Below are positions 1 through 13,559 of a stretch of 64,000 nt of DNA, one piece after another. Each line of letters starts with the position of its first letter. Within the stretch, counting starts at the first letter, position 1. This stretch comes from Octopus bimaculoides (Eukaryota), in assembly GCF_001194135.2 (NCBI RefSeq), contig NC_068986.1, positions 69,765,862-69,829,861 of the forward strand. The letters are read 5' to 3'. The translations under genes and the position numbers were made by a program. The notes below the pieces were generated by a model. That model made no database searches. It saw only the letters and a list, made by a program, of their open reading frames with translations, and was not told where the DNA came from.

Positions 1-262
1 ATGATTATATGTCTGTGCACACGTTTGAATGTGGTGTGTGCCAGAGGGTTTGCAAATCCAATGGGGGTCTTAAAAGACATGTTAGGATCCACAATGAGCA
101 GAACTTACTTGCAGGTATTGGTAGTGCAAATCAGAGGTGCAATCTGTGTGGGTGTTTTTTCAAAACACTGTCTGGTTTAAAAAGCCACATCAGACGCCAT
201 GAAAGGGCTAAGGTGTAGGTGCAGGAGGTGGTCAAACTCTGTTTAAGGAGTAGACAACCACC
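1..262 (+). mobile_element. 3' end of an RTE-like non-LTR retrotransposon: two C-terminal C2H2 fingers, short 3' UTR, (AT)n tail; reading frame runs off the window start
   Basis: ORF 9-218 has two C-x2-C-x12-H-x3-H motifs (CGVCQRVCKSNGGLKRHVRIH; CNLCGCFFKTLSGLKSHIRRH) with no TGEKP linker. The frame is open upstream (GAT TAT ATG). The stop is followed by about 45 nt of UTR and then an (AT)n run, as at RTE termini. Confidence 0.6.
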
Positions 263-430
263 ATATATATATATGTACATGTTTGTATACATATAAATAT
301 ATATATGTGGATACATATATATGACGCATGCCTAAATACAACATACATACTCATTTGCGTATATACATGCATACATACATACACACACGCACACACTCGC
401 ACGCACATACACACACGCATACACACACAC
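262..430. repeat. (AT)n/(AC)n compound microsatellite
   Basis: Directly visible. Confidence 0.9.
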
Positions 431-707
431 ATGTATGCAGGGCAAACGCACTGATTCAAATTCGGTTTCTAAATACAAGACATTCATATGAAATATGAAA
501 TACAAGAAGTTCAGCATATTTGGCAGAAATAGGTTTTTGCCCAATGAAATTCCTCAACTAGCAATATCTAGTAACTTGTGAAAAACAGAAGTACTGTTAA
601 TCAAATTACATTTGTATTTCGTTGTTATTATGAATGTTCATATGTAACAAGTATTTAAAAACAACATATACGTGTGCATGACTGTAGTACAGACCCATAC
701 ATACATA

Positions 708-743
<36 letters not shown>

Positions 744-1348
744 TGTGTGTATATATATTTATCAATGCATGTATCTATATATGTAGATGTATATACGACC
801 ATGTATATGTGTACACACACGCGTCTCTTATTATCTATGTCTCACTTCCCTCTTTATGTATATATACTTAAATATACATGTATAAATGCAGATCCATGCA
901 AATGTTTATGCACACACATGCGAACGCGCACAGATGCACGCAGGCATCTAACTTGTTTGTTTTTGTTCATTAATATTGAATGGATTTTTTTCTAAGACTG
1001 ACAACTTATTCAATCAATATGTTCTTTGCAAGTTTTTGTTGAATTGATAAACAAAACTAACGGGGAATTTCTATAGATGCGTTTCAATGAAAAGAGTAGA
1101 AGCATATGTGAAAACGCAGGATTTTACTTTTCGTCTCACAGACGTGTATATGACTCTACGCACACACACGCATACACACACCTATATACACATACACACG
1201 CACATACACACGCACATACACATTTGCATTTAATTTTTTGTATACATGCTGACATACAGAAATGAATTACTAGCTAAAACAACATAGATGCAGATCCCTG
1301 CATCAAAATCAATATGACATATATATATGTATATATATATATATATAT

Positions 1349-1908
1349 NNNNNNNNNNNNNNNNNNNNNNNNNNNNNNNNNNNNNNNNNNNNNNNNNNNN
1401 NNNNNNNNNNNNNNNNNNNNNNNNNNNNNNNNNNNNNNNNNNNNNNNNNNNNNNNNNNNNNNNNNNNNNNNNNNNNNNNNNNNNNNNNNNNNNNNNNNNN
1501 NNNNNNNNNNNNNNNNNNNNNNNNNNNNNNNNNNNNNNNNNNNNNNNNNNNNNNNNNNNNNNNNNNNNNNNNNNNNNNNNNNNNNNNNNNNNNNNNNNNN
1601 NNNNNNNNNNNNNNNNNNNNNNNNNNNNNNNNNNNNNNNNNNNNNNNNNNNNNNNNNNNNNNNNNNNNNNNNNNNNNNNNNNNNNNNNNNNNNNNNNNNN
1701 NNNNNNNNNNNNNNNNNNNNNNNNNNNNNNNNNNNNNNNNNNNNNNNNNNNNNNNNNNNNNNNNNNNNNNNNNNNNNNNNNNNNNNNNNNNNNNNNNNNN
1801 NNNNNNNNNNNNNNNNNNNNNNNNNNNNNNNNNNNNNNNNNNNNNNNNNNNNNNNNNNNNNNNNNNNNNNNNNNNNNNNNNNNNNNNNNNNNNNNNNNNN
1901 NNNNNNNN
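1349..1908. other. Assembly gap (N-run) inside a (TA)n/(TATG)n microsatellite block spanning about 1315-2320
   Basis: N-run flanked by (TA)n. Confidence 0.98.
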
Positions 1909-2154
1909 TATATGTGTGTGCGTATGTATGTATGTATGTATATATGTATATGTATATCTTAATAAACAGATTTACGTGTATGTTTGTATGCGTATATATC
2001 TATATCCATACATACATACACACATATATATACGTGTGTATACATGCATGTATGTGTGTATACATATATGTATATATATATGTATATATACGTGTTTATG
2101 TATGTGTGTGTATGTAATGTATATATAGTGTGCATGTATGTACGTAAGTATGTA

Positions 2155-2195
<41 letters not shown>

Positions 2196-2242
2196 TCATA
2201 TATATGTGTGTATACATATATATGTATGTATATATATGTATA

Positions 2243-2311
<69 letters not shown>

Positions 2312-2814
2312 ATATATATAATTTCTATCTACTCAATCGCTCAATCCCACTCTTTCTTTGTGTCACTCATTAATATGAATGGATATGTATTTGTGCATGT
2401 TGGATGCAATTTGCTTAGCTATAAATAATCGTTAATATCAATAGATGTGTTAATGTACAAAAACGAAGCAATTTGATGTTCGTTAGATGTGTACTGTTAC
2501 AGAAGAAATGACCAATCGTTGATGCCTTTGTAATAAATATCTCTTTTCCGATGATTCCTCTGCTTTGTATCTCATATTTTTAGCATTGTCATTGTTTATC
2601 TTTGTTGGAAACATGACAATGCATTAATATTTCAGTTTGAAATAACATGATTATTTCCTCATACTGTCAATAATATTTTTGTGAATTCATAAACGCCACT
2701 ACTTTCTTCACATCTTCTGTAAAGACCTTAACTTATCGGCCTATAAACCGCGTGTGCAGATTATTTCAAATCCTTTTCGTATGAAGATTCACTGCAAATA
2801 CACAGTGTATATCT

Positions 2815-3085
2815 ATTGTCCAATTGGGGATTTATGAACCACTTTTAGTTGACATTTATGGTATCGAAATCGTTAGAAATCACTGAGTCACAGTTAAAAG
2901 ACCCTTGTATATGGTCGCTCGGCCTGCAAATGATCGCAGCCAAATTTCTTTCAAACATCACACCGCTGTTTAAAAAAGGATAGTTAGGCATGAGACAATC
3001 AAATCTTAGATACTTCTAAAACACACGGGATCAGTTTGTGATATATCTGGCCAATCAAGGTTGACCAAGAACTAAACAATAACGA
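2815..3085 (+). mobile_element. Decayed interspersed repeat, family F (SINE-like, (AAC)n-type tail)
   Basis: Shares GCAGCCAAATTTC..CACACC and the ..CTGACC..GCTAAACAA(C/T)AAC tail with 45655-45835 and 56215-56345. Confidence 0.5.
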
Positions 3086-4265
3086 GAGTCCCACATGTAA
3101 AAGAGTATATTATGAAATAAAACAGGTGTCAAAGCATCAGGCTGTTGACAATGCCATATTTAGCTGTCCGCATATTTGCTCTTCATAATCACTTGCTCCG
3201 ACTGATTATCTCTGTACTATAGGTTTACATGCAGTTCTACTGAAAACAAAACAATTCTTCCAAAACAAAAAACATTATGATTGTTTGAAATTATTTGTAT
3301 TACGTAATCGATGTAAACTTTATGGAGTCATATTTTTGTTTTAAATTAATTTCCTGACGCAGTGAATATTGGTAGTGTGTTTCCTGAGAAATTTATACTT
3401 ATACTATATTTCCAAATAATATTCACTGAAGCATCGATCATACATTGAACACGGATTATGAAGAACTGCAAAATACATCTCGTATTACCGTAGACGCGGT
3501 GTAAGCATCTTGACATGGCATCGTTTTTTCTTTTGTAATTATAGGGGTGTCATAAATATCATTTAACACTTATAAATAGTTATATCGTTATTAAGGTTAT
3601 TCTGTTGAGTTTCTCGTTAGTTTGTGGCATAGCTGAATATTATCGAGTTTTTAGCTGGATTTGTATATAAGCAGTTTTTATTTTTAATTTTTTTTTTCAT
3701 TTGTTTATTATACATACGTGGCGAGAAGATAAATAATATTGGATTAAAAAACCATCGGCAGTGTATTTTTCATTTCTGATGATCAGACACAATAATTCCT
3801 TAAGGGTTTTCAGGATTCTACATAACTCTTCTCGGAAAAGTATCTGTACACCTGTACTACTCACTTTATTACATATTAAAATCCCGTCTAAACTATATTT
3901 TTTTCTTATCAAAACAATGACATTTTAAGAAGTACATTCTTTGTATAAATACGATATTCCGAACCATTACCTTTGTGGATACTTTTTTTTACAAATAGCG
4001 ACAGCAACACTGCATTAACAGCATTGGTTCTGATGAAGAACAATTTTCTAAATTTGAGAAGTTAAAGAAAAAGCAATATATCTACATCGATTATCAATAG
4101 AAAAGTATGTGTCCTGCCTCTCTGTCTCGGTGGGCGTGTTCTCATATATGACTAGCAGCATTGATTACATTACAGCGTCAAACGCTTATACGTATATATG
4201 AGCGCAGCACAGACAAGCATACAGGGACACAGGTGTTATACATACAGACACACACATATTTACAC

Positions 4266-4316
<51 letters not shown>

Positions 4317-5215
4317 GGGAGTGTATGAGTATATATGAGTGTGCATGTTTGCTGGGCAACAATATATACACGTTAGCATATCCACAAGTTATATCATAAC
4401 GTGTCTTAGTGGGTTATCTTTTGAAAAGATCACTCAACAAATGTTCAAATAAATTTGGAATTACCTGACATTACAGCATTTACTTTACAAAGTGAAAGAC
4501 CTATCTTCTGATACACGATATAAAGGAAAGATGTAGAATCTTTTCTTTTGTCAAGTTTTGCCTTACAGAATATTCTGTATTGAGAACAATAGATCTCATC
4601 AGGTGGTATAAAAAACAATAGAATCACTGTGTGACCAGTAGTATACGGCTCTCTGATTTCTGGGGTTAAGGAGTAAACTACCCGTAATAGAGAGAAATAA
4701 TAACTAAAAAGAGAGAGAAAATAAAGCGCTGGCGTTTTATCTCCCAGTAAACAAAGCTATCGTTAGTTCCAAAGTTGTTTCCAAGCATTCAACATAAAAG
4801 TAATTTCATTCATACGCTACAAGCAGTTTTTCATTAATTGTTCCTCATATAGATTGGCTTATATTTCTGAAGTATTCAATTTTTATGCTCTATGGATGAG
4901 ACTGCTGATTTTTACAGTGTTTGTATATATTTTACTTGTAAAAATTAAGTTTGATTCGTTGTCTGAAGTTGAGGAACTTCTTTGATTTCATATTTTGTGC
5001 CTCTTTGCAATCCAACCCTCAACAAATTTAGCATAATAAAGAGAGCAACATGACAGAAGACATACTGCACGACGCAAAATAGCAGTAAAGATAAATACCA
5101 AGGATTTCTCTATCTCTGCTTAGTCCAATCACACACACATGCGTGTGTATGTGTGTCCGTCTAGTAATATATATATATCTGTATGTTTATGAGTATTATG
5201 GAGACACACACACAC

Positions 5216-5274
<59 letters not shown>

Positions 5275-6512
5275 CGCGCGTGCCTGTGTGTGTGTGTATG
5301 TATGTATTTATATCACATTTCATACTAATGTTAGATATGTATGCCTAATGAGGCAATTGTAGCAGGGTTCTGTATAAAGTTCTGCTGAACATTCCTTGGT
5401 GTATTGTTAGAGTGTATAATGTCAAATATCAGTTAATTAATCACATCTGTTGCTTCTCTATGTCGAAGAGTTGCCTTGCTGTTCCAGAGAAATAAATCAT
5501 TTTCGTAACCAATTATTCCCATTCATATTATCTATCTTTGTCTTGAACATTTTGCTAACTGTCACATCGAAAAAGTGCACCTTCATAAAGCTACGATGAT
5601 TGTGTGTACTGACAGTGAACTACATATACTCATATATAATATAATATGTATATATACATATGGACATATTCACAGCATACTGTTTACTCTATTATGTGGA
5701 AGTGTAACAGATATCAGTATATAGTATTCTATGTAAAAGTACGAGTATAATAGTTGGTGCTGCTATAAGTCGCTCATATCTCATTCGAATACAGACTGAT
5801 TGTTCCCAGCTTGACTGAAATCCAAGAGAACAATGTAGAAGTACACTTGTTCGATTTATTGTAGACTCGGTTTAAAATTAATGACTTTCTTATAGTACAT
5901 TCTACCTCGATGTCAAAGTGAATAGATACTTTCTGTAAAACTATTATTAAATATAATAATGAGGCAATAATTTCAGAGAAACTAGTAATCTCTTACTAGG
6001 CGTTCCCTATACAGGAAATTGCACTCTTTTACACACGTACTTCTATTATTTATATCTCAACCACTCATACCTCTAGCATTTATGTCTGTCTTACTCTTTT
6101 AAGCCAATGCTAGACTTTGTAAAAGATTGCAGAATAAGTCCGTTCAGTTGCCATATATAATTCCGAAACAGGTTTTTACAGCATTTGATCAATTTGTTGA
6201 TAGCATACTCCAGTAAATTTTCTAAATTATCGTCTAAAATAATATCTTTGATATAGGTTTACTCAAGCAGGCATGGCATAGGTTAAAGTAACAACGACAG
6301 CTTTGATTTTCAGTTTTTCCTCACATAGAAAATAACCAAACCCCCAAAGTCACTATAAGTGCTGAGTCTCCTAATATTTAATGACTTCTTACGATAATTT
6401 AAGGTAAATAACAACCCCAAAATGCAGAGAATTAATGTCCAGAAAACATTTTAACTTAGACCCATAGTTGATATCTTATATGTTCAAAAGTACCTCAATA
6501 TTGAAGTAGTAC

Positions 6513-6552
<40 letters not shown>

Positions 6553-6989
6553 NNNNNNNNNNNNNNNNNNNNNNNNNNNNNNNNNNNNNNNNNNNNNNNN
6601 NNNNNNNNNNNNNNNNNNNNNNNNNNNNNNNNNNNNNNNNNNNNNNNNNNNNNNNNNNNNNNNNNNNNNNNNNNNNNNNNNNNNNNNNNNNNNNNNNNNN
6701 NNNNNNNNNNNNNNNNNNNNNNNNNNNNNNNNNNNNNNNNNNNNNNNNNNNNNNNNNNNNNNNNNNNNNNNNNNNNNNNNNNNNNNNNNNNNNNNNNNNN
6801 NNNNNNNNNNNNNNNNNNNNNNNNNNNNNNNNNNNNNNNNNNNNNNNNNNNNNNNNNNNNNNNNNNNNNNNNNNNNNNNNNNNNNNNNNNNNNNNNNNNN
6901 NNNNNNNNNNNNNNNNNNNNNNNNNNNNNNNNNNNNNNNNNNNNNNNNNNNNNNNNNNNNNNNNNNNNNNNNNNNNNNNNNNNNNNNNN
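6553..6989. other. Assembly gap between (GA)n and (TA)n
   Basis: N-run. Confidence 0.98.
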
Positions 6990-7025
<36 letters not shown>

Positions 7026-7027
7026 CT

Positions 7028-7096
<69 letters not shown>

Positions 7097-7150
7097 TCAG
7101 ACAGACAGACAGGCAGACAGGCAGGCGGACGGACAGACATACAGACAGAC
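6990..7150. repeat. Compound microsatellite (TA)n-(TAGA)n-(CAGA/CAGG)n
   Basis: Directly visible. Confidence 0.92.
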
Positions 7151-7225
7151 ATATTTGCATGTATGTTTTGGGTGCACATCTGTGTACGTATATATACACA
7201 TGTATGCGTTTGTGTGTGTCTGGAG

Positions 7226-7310
7226 TGGCAACTGGCAGAATCGTTTGAGTGTTGGACAGAATGCTCCGCGGAATTTGTTCCGATTCTCTTCGCCCATGAT
7301 TTTGAACCTC
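7226..7310 (+). mobile_element. Highly decayed SINE family B head
   Basis: GGCAACTGGCAGAATCGTT resembles the family B head GGCGAGCTGGCAGAATCGTTAG. Confidence 0.45.
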
Positions 7311-7479
7311 GTTCTTCCGCCGAAAAACAGCGACACTAGTGTCATGAGTTATGTCCAAGAGTTAGTACGATTATTCTTTTAAAAATCTACGAGACATAAT
7401 CTCATTAATTTGATGGGAAACACACAAACACATACACGTCGCGCGCACACACTTACATTCCTACACGCACTTAATAGCG

Positions 7480-8718
7480 GAAGACCGAGATGATTGGCGA
7501 TTTGCTGTGCTGGAGAAGATTCATCTGGCACAGCAAAAGTGACGTTGTAAAAGCAGTTAGGTGGACCTTGCTCTTTCATCCAGTTAACCTCCGTCAAACC
7601 TTCACCGCCTTCCCTCTTCCTAATTCCCATTTGTCCATCACCCTTCTAACTACAATACTATTTAACTGCTGTAATTGTACGAGACCAGAACTGCATATAT
7701 TTCATCCTCTTTTGTGCTACCAGTGACCTCATGGAAATATTTCTTTTCAATATTCACCCTTTTTAATTTCACCGTTTCAGATTTCACTTTCCACTGATCA
7801 TCCCTTTCTGAGTTATGAGTTATCTCTCCCTATCCCTAAAGTACAGCTTATTTATGTCATAACTTATTAACGCTCTGTCATATTTACTATTGCCATAGAG
7901 CCTCATCTTTGTCCGCCACGCACTATATCCGCTCCTACGTACCTCTGAACTCCATCTTTGTCACTGTACACCATCTTCCTGCACAGCCCATTCTGTCACT
8001 CTGTATATCATTTTCCTGTTTTATGATCATAGTTACAGAATTACTATAATGCTGCTCTCTAACATTTCTCTACTCCCACTTCCTCCTTTTTGAGCCACTC
8101 CCATTCTTTCGTCTTCCTTCTTCCTTTCAACTGATACTCACCATCGACCTCATGCCCATACTAGGTCATCGTTCACTACATCCATTTTACCTCCATCTCT
8201 AACTACACGTCTTTCTCCTCTCACACTTTTACACACTAACCATCCACTCTTCCCGCTCCTCTGCCCATATTCTCCTTTATAGTAACATTCTTGTCAGCAC
8301 CATAATTATCTCTCTTTCCACCTACTCCACTCAACCTTACCTAACATTGTGTGACCATGTACATCCTCTATTGCAAGACACCTCTTCTTGTCCCTCCATC
8401 ATACTTTAGACTCTCAACGCTTGGCGTAAAGCCACCTCTTCCTCTCCTACTCAGTCGAGGGGAATTTTTCTGCTTTCCTTGTTACTTGGAAACCACACTA
8501 GTGCTGTTACCAAGTAAAATGATCACAGTATGCGCTATAAAATGGTTGGCATTACTAAAGGCCTCGGGATGTACGAACCAAGCGAAAGCAGACGCTGGAA
8601 ATCAACGCAGGCCTCCAGCTCGTCGAATTTTATCGAATCGCCTTACTCATGCATGGAAAAATGATGATGATGATGATGATGATGATGACGGTGACGATGA
8701 CGACGATGATGATGATGT

Positions 8719-8757
<39 letters not shown>

Positions 8758-8766
8758 CGATGATGA
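7480..8766 (+). mobile_element. RTE-like LINE 3' fragment: last codons of the ORF, about 1.1 kb C/T-rich 3' UTR, (GAT)n tail
   Basis: 7480-7542 translates EDRDDWRFAVLEKIHLAQQK*, homologous to the ORF end VRDLWRYAVIEKTRQLK* at about 50504-50557. It ends ...CATGCATGGAAAA followed by (GAT)n at 8661-8766. Confidence 0.6.
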
Positions 8767-10728
8767 TATACATATACATATATACATAAACAGACGCACA
8801 CATACACACATACACACACACACAAATATACATATGTGCATACACACACATGTGTGTGTGTGTGTGTGTGTGCGTATGTGCGTGTGTGTGAGAGAGAGAG
8901 AGGGGAAGACAGAAAATGGGTGTTCGAAAGAACAAGCCGTCCATGGTCTTACTGTATTGGCGATTAACTTACAAACTCAAACCTCTTTTTTGATTCTTGG
9001 CGATGATGTTCATGTTTTCAATTAGTTGTTAACAAGGTCACATGTATGGTTTTCCACACACACACACAAAAACCAAAAAACGAAAGGAAACAAACATATG
9101 ACATCTGTCTAGCTCCATTTTTTTTTCGGTGTTAAGTATGACAAAATAGGCTATTGTCATGTAACATAGTGGTATAACCTAATGTAACAACTAAATGATA
9201 AATAATATATATATTATATAGCTGCGAAACTTACAACAGATGTGTAAATATGCTAAGAATTGAATTTCGTACATAGTTGGATCAATATCCTGTTAACCTC
9301 CAAATAGCCAGTTTAGCTCAGATATCCCGAAGTTATTATCGGATATATTTTTCTTGCACATTAAATGTTTGATTTGTTTTTATTTCTATATATTTGATTC
9401 TGGCAGTTTACACTATTCGCTGATACTGATCGCTTTAAAAAGATAATATTTCTATAAAAAAAACATTAATAAATGGGATTAAATTTCTGGCCAATTTCAA
9501 GCGGTGATCAGCATTTCCTCTTCTACAATGTTAACTAGAAGTCTATAGTATTTATTTTTCCCATTGAAAATTTGCCTCGTTTCACCTTAGACAGACATGT
9601 GTCGCACTATAATCAGTGGCTGTCTACAGTCTACACGTGCTAATCTATGCAATTTTGAAATTCCGTTCTAAATGACTGTTTAACAATAAATAATGACACT
9701 TTCTTAATATAAATGAATGACTTTCCCGAATGACAACAGTTGCAATGCCTCTGGCCACGAACATGTTTCTTTAAATCAAGACACTTCCAATACCGTTGAA
9801 TGTATACATTCCACATTTTATTTTTTTCATTTTTACACGTTTACTCTGTGTGGTCTAGAGGCAGTTTTAACGCTTTTCTCTTCCCCTCGTACACTGCTGA
9901 GAACTAAAAACTACAAACATCCATATGGACACTTAACGGTATACACACTCAAACGTACACTTAACGCACACAATCGCACGTCAATACAACAACAGCACTT
10001 GAAGACATGGAATATTTTCATGAACAATGTAAACGAACGCACACAATTTAAGCGACAATAATATCTAAGAGATACAAGTCGTTTAACTCGTCTATCAATA
10101 GACACTACAATCATCACCGCCACTACTAGCAAAGACAGCTACAGCAACAATAACAACGATAAATGCGTCTTATTCTGGCGAAATACACAAATTTCATCGA
10201 TGGCAGCATATTACAGTCATATACTTTATTGATCTTGGAGTTAACTTCGACGAGATTTGAATTTAGAATGTTAAGGAAATATTAGGAAATACCGTAAGTT
10301 ATTTATTCTAGAATCCTACCGATTCTAATGCTTTTCATAGTTCCATAAAAGAATAATGATTTCTTTGAGCTGAAAAGCAATTTTGTAGGTGTTAGCATAA
10401 AGGATTGAATAGACAAGAGTGATATATATTTTAGACACCGGAATGATATTGAAGATTATTCTATACGTATATATACACAGTAAGACATATGCGTACACAC
10501 ATACATACACATAAACTATTCTTTCTTTCTCTCACACACATACCTACATACATTCTCTTCCTCTCTCTCTCTCTTTCTCCCTTTCTCTTTCTCCCTTTCT
10601 CTTTCACACTTACATCTACACTCTCTCTTCTCTCCTCCTCTCTCACCTGTTTTGTATAACATATTTCGAATTCAAAATTCCCTGCTATGTTTTCACATAG
10701 ACTCTTTCACAGCTTACTCATTGATATA

Positions 10729-10892
10729 GGCACAGGCATGGCTGTGCGGTACGAAGCTTGCTTCCCAACCACATGGTTCTGGATTCACTCCCACTGTGTG
10801 ACATCTTGGGAAAGTGTCTTTTACTATAGCCTCGAGACGACCAAAGTCTTGTGAGTGAATTTGGTAGATAGAAACTGAAAGAATCTCATCAA

Positions 10893-10955
<63 letters not shown>

Positions 10956-11140
10956 CGTGTCTATGTTTCGCCCCCATCACTGATTGACAACCGGTGTTGG
11001 TTTATGTCACCGTAAAAGAGACCGTTACAATAAGTGCCAGGTTTAAAAACAGTACTCAGGTCGATTCATTGGACAAAAACTTCTTCAAGGCGGTGCCCAA
11101 CATCGCTGCAGTCTAATAACTGAAAGAAATAAATAATAAA
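10729..11140 (+). mobile_element. tRNA-derived SINE family A, full length, internal (TG)n
   Basis: Head AGGCACAGGCATGGCTGTGCGGTA..., body TTGACAACCGGTG..., tail GCAGTCTAATAACTGAAAG; homologous to the other A copies in the window. Confidence 0.85.
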
Positions 11141-11349
11141 AGTTTGATCATATACGTTGAAAAATGTCATGTCTGTTATGTCAAAAACGCGATTCTGCTA
11201 CTTCTATATCAAAATATATCACAGGAAAACAGAAATTCGTACCCCCTATAAGTTCGACTTGTATCTTTCCGGTGGTCCTTTAAAATACTCTATGCCAAGC
11301 GTATGGCTAGTTGTTCTACTTTGCCATCTGTTTTTCATAAAAACAGTGG

Positions 11350-11860
11350 TGAGTGCTTAAACAACACTTAAAGTCTCAGTATATGGAAACCTAAACACTT
11401 AGTGGATCTGAAAAACGGATTTCTTTCGTGTAGCTGTTGAATATACTTTCCATTATGGATCCTTCATATGGACACTAAATAAATGCTTTGAAGCTTTACT
11501 GGCTACTTCGTACCCTTTTGCGCATGCTTTGCACTATCTTGAGCATGTTCGAGAAACAACATCCCACCGAGTAAAGATTATGCAATAACTTCTCTAATGT
11601 TTCAGTCATTATTCGAGAAATAAATTGTCGCTTTACTGAACATTGCAAAAATAAGAAGCTAGCTACTGAGAAACATTCTACCTTCGACACCTTGAAGTAG
11701 ACATGATCACATCGGCCGCCCTGCTATAAAATGTATATTGAAAAGTTAACAGACGACACTAGATATCAACGAAAGGGCCTATCTCATAGGCGACAACAGA
11801 CGGGGATAGGATCAGGATCGTTCAAATTCAAGCAAGTTCGAACTGATGATGGTGATGGTG
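11350..11860 (+). mobile_element. Decayed RTE-like LINE C-terminal fragment with a short (GAT)n tail
   Basis: Translates KTDFFRVAVEYTFHYGSFIWTLNK..RMLCTIL..KQHPTE*RL..VSVIIREINCRFTEHC..MYIEKLTDDTRYQ, matching the RTE YGxExWTLTK / KQHPTK / IRERRLRFAGHC / TYIDQL motifs. Confidence 0.7.
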
Positions 11861-12029
11861 AATCATATTTTACTGAGTTCAGTCGCTGAACTCCAGTCAT
11901 GGTGAGGTGCGTTCATGCACATCCACCCACACATACATACATACATACATACACACTCACGCACAATATACACATGGATATACAATACACAAACATACAC
12001 ACACACGTGCATATATATACACACACACA

Positions 12030-12506
12030 CAGTCATTTGACTACGGCCATGCTGAAGCACGGCCTTTAGTCGAGCAAATCAACCCCCGGACTTATTCTTT
12101 GTTAGCCTAGGACTTGTTCTATCGGTTTCTTATGCTGAACTGCTAAGTTAGGGGACGTAAACACACCAGTATCGGTTGTCAAGCGATGTTGAAGGGACAA
12201 ACACAGACACACACACATACATACATACATACATACATACATACATACATACATACATGCATATATATACATACATACATACATACATACATACATACAT
12301 GCATATATACATACATATATATATATAGATAGATAGATATAGATATAGATAGATAGATATATCTCTACAAAAAATAAATTCACAAGGCTTTAGTCGGCAC
12401 GAGGCTATAGTAGAATACACTTGCCTAAGGTGCTACGCAATGGGACTGAACATGGTACTATGTGGTTGGTAAGCAAGCTACTTGCCACACAGCCACTCCT
12501 GCGCCT
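12030..12506 (-). mobile_element. SINE family A, full length, internal (TATG)n/(TATC)n
   Basis: Reverse complement starts AGGCGCAGGAGTGGCTGTGTGGCAAGTAGCTTGCTTACCAACCACAT. Confidence 0.9.
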
Positions 12507-12553
12507 ATATACATATATGTATATACATACATACCATATATATATATATATAT

Positions 12554-12632
12554 ATAGCAGTCAAAGAACTACTGATTCCAAACTACAAATTTTTTCTCCG
12601 TAGTTTGGAATCAGTAGTTCTTTGACTGCTAT
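12554..12632. repeat. Perfect 33-bp inverted repeat with a 13-nt spacer
   Basis: ATAGCAGTCAAAGAACTACTGATTCCAAACTAC (12554-12586) is the exact reverse complement of 12600-12632. Confidence 0.95.
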
Positions 12633-12782
12633 TTCTGAATTCTCAGTATGTTGGAGAAGCAGCTCCTGCTAATCCCTGTATATTTATGATTATAAATGGT
12701 TTTACCGATAAAGGTTTTTTCATACTGAGCTACTCGGCAAAATTGTTAATTATTAATTTTATTACTAATTGACGATTCCCTG

Positions 12783-12820
<38 letters not shown>

Positions 12821-13559
12821 GTATGTATAGGTATGTATAAGTATGTATGTATGTACGTATATACATATGTGTGTATGTATGTATGTATGTATGTATGTGT
12901 CATGCATAGGAAGATAATGATTATTTTCATAGAACTCCTTAAAATCTGAACGTAACAAATCGATAACACTATCAAGTGTTTAAATAATAAAATTATCCAT
13001 TAGTTGGGTATGTGACTAACTAAATGATTTTTAAGTATCCTTTTAATTGCATTCTTTCTTGTATATAACTTTTGTCACGAAAGATCATGCATACACGCGC
13101 ACACGCACACACATACACACACACACACACTTAGACACACATGTATGCCTGTGTGTCTACGCGCACACACGTATATGTTTAATATACACTATGATGTGAA
13201 TAAATGCCTTGTAAACTATCTCAATTAAAATCTCTCCTGCTGTTAAGATGGAAAACACACTCTACATTTTCTGTAATTATTTTATATCGAATTATACTTA
13301 ACTTAAGTCACTAACCATGAATTTTTTGTATACAGACGTCATAAGAGTAAACGAAGAATTACGGCAAACACATTATTTGATCTTACATTTCGTCCCGAAA
13401 CCCAGAGGAAAACTTTTTTTCCGCTAAGACAAGCATGAATATGTTCAGTATGTTTCTAGTACTAATTAACTCAATTTTTGTCGATGCGGGGCTTTAAAAT
13501 CGATGTAAATGATATGAAAACATATTTTAAAAAACTTTATCGTTAAAATTAAAGATATC

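Noticed and set aside
1314-2117. Long ORFs containing X runs (also at 6484-7358, 14853-15536, 18625-19673, 26904-27494, 32185-33681, 53693-54749)
   Set aside because: They are open only because they cross N gaps.
232-2428. Many ORFs of CV/HT/YI/IY repeats here and throughout the window
   Set aside because: They are translations of (TG)n, (CA)n, (TA)n and (TATG)n microsatellites, which lack stops in some frames.
3859-3865. Minus-strand GTGAGTA donor-like site
   Set aside because: No plausible open exon or acceptor upstream on that strand.
8351-9025. 224-aa ORF with poly-Asp
   Set aside because: It reads through a LINE 3' UTR, its (GAT)n tail and (CA)n/(GT)n repeats.
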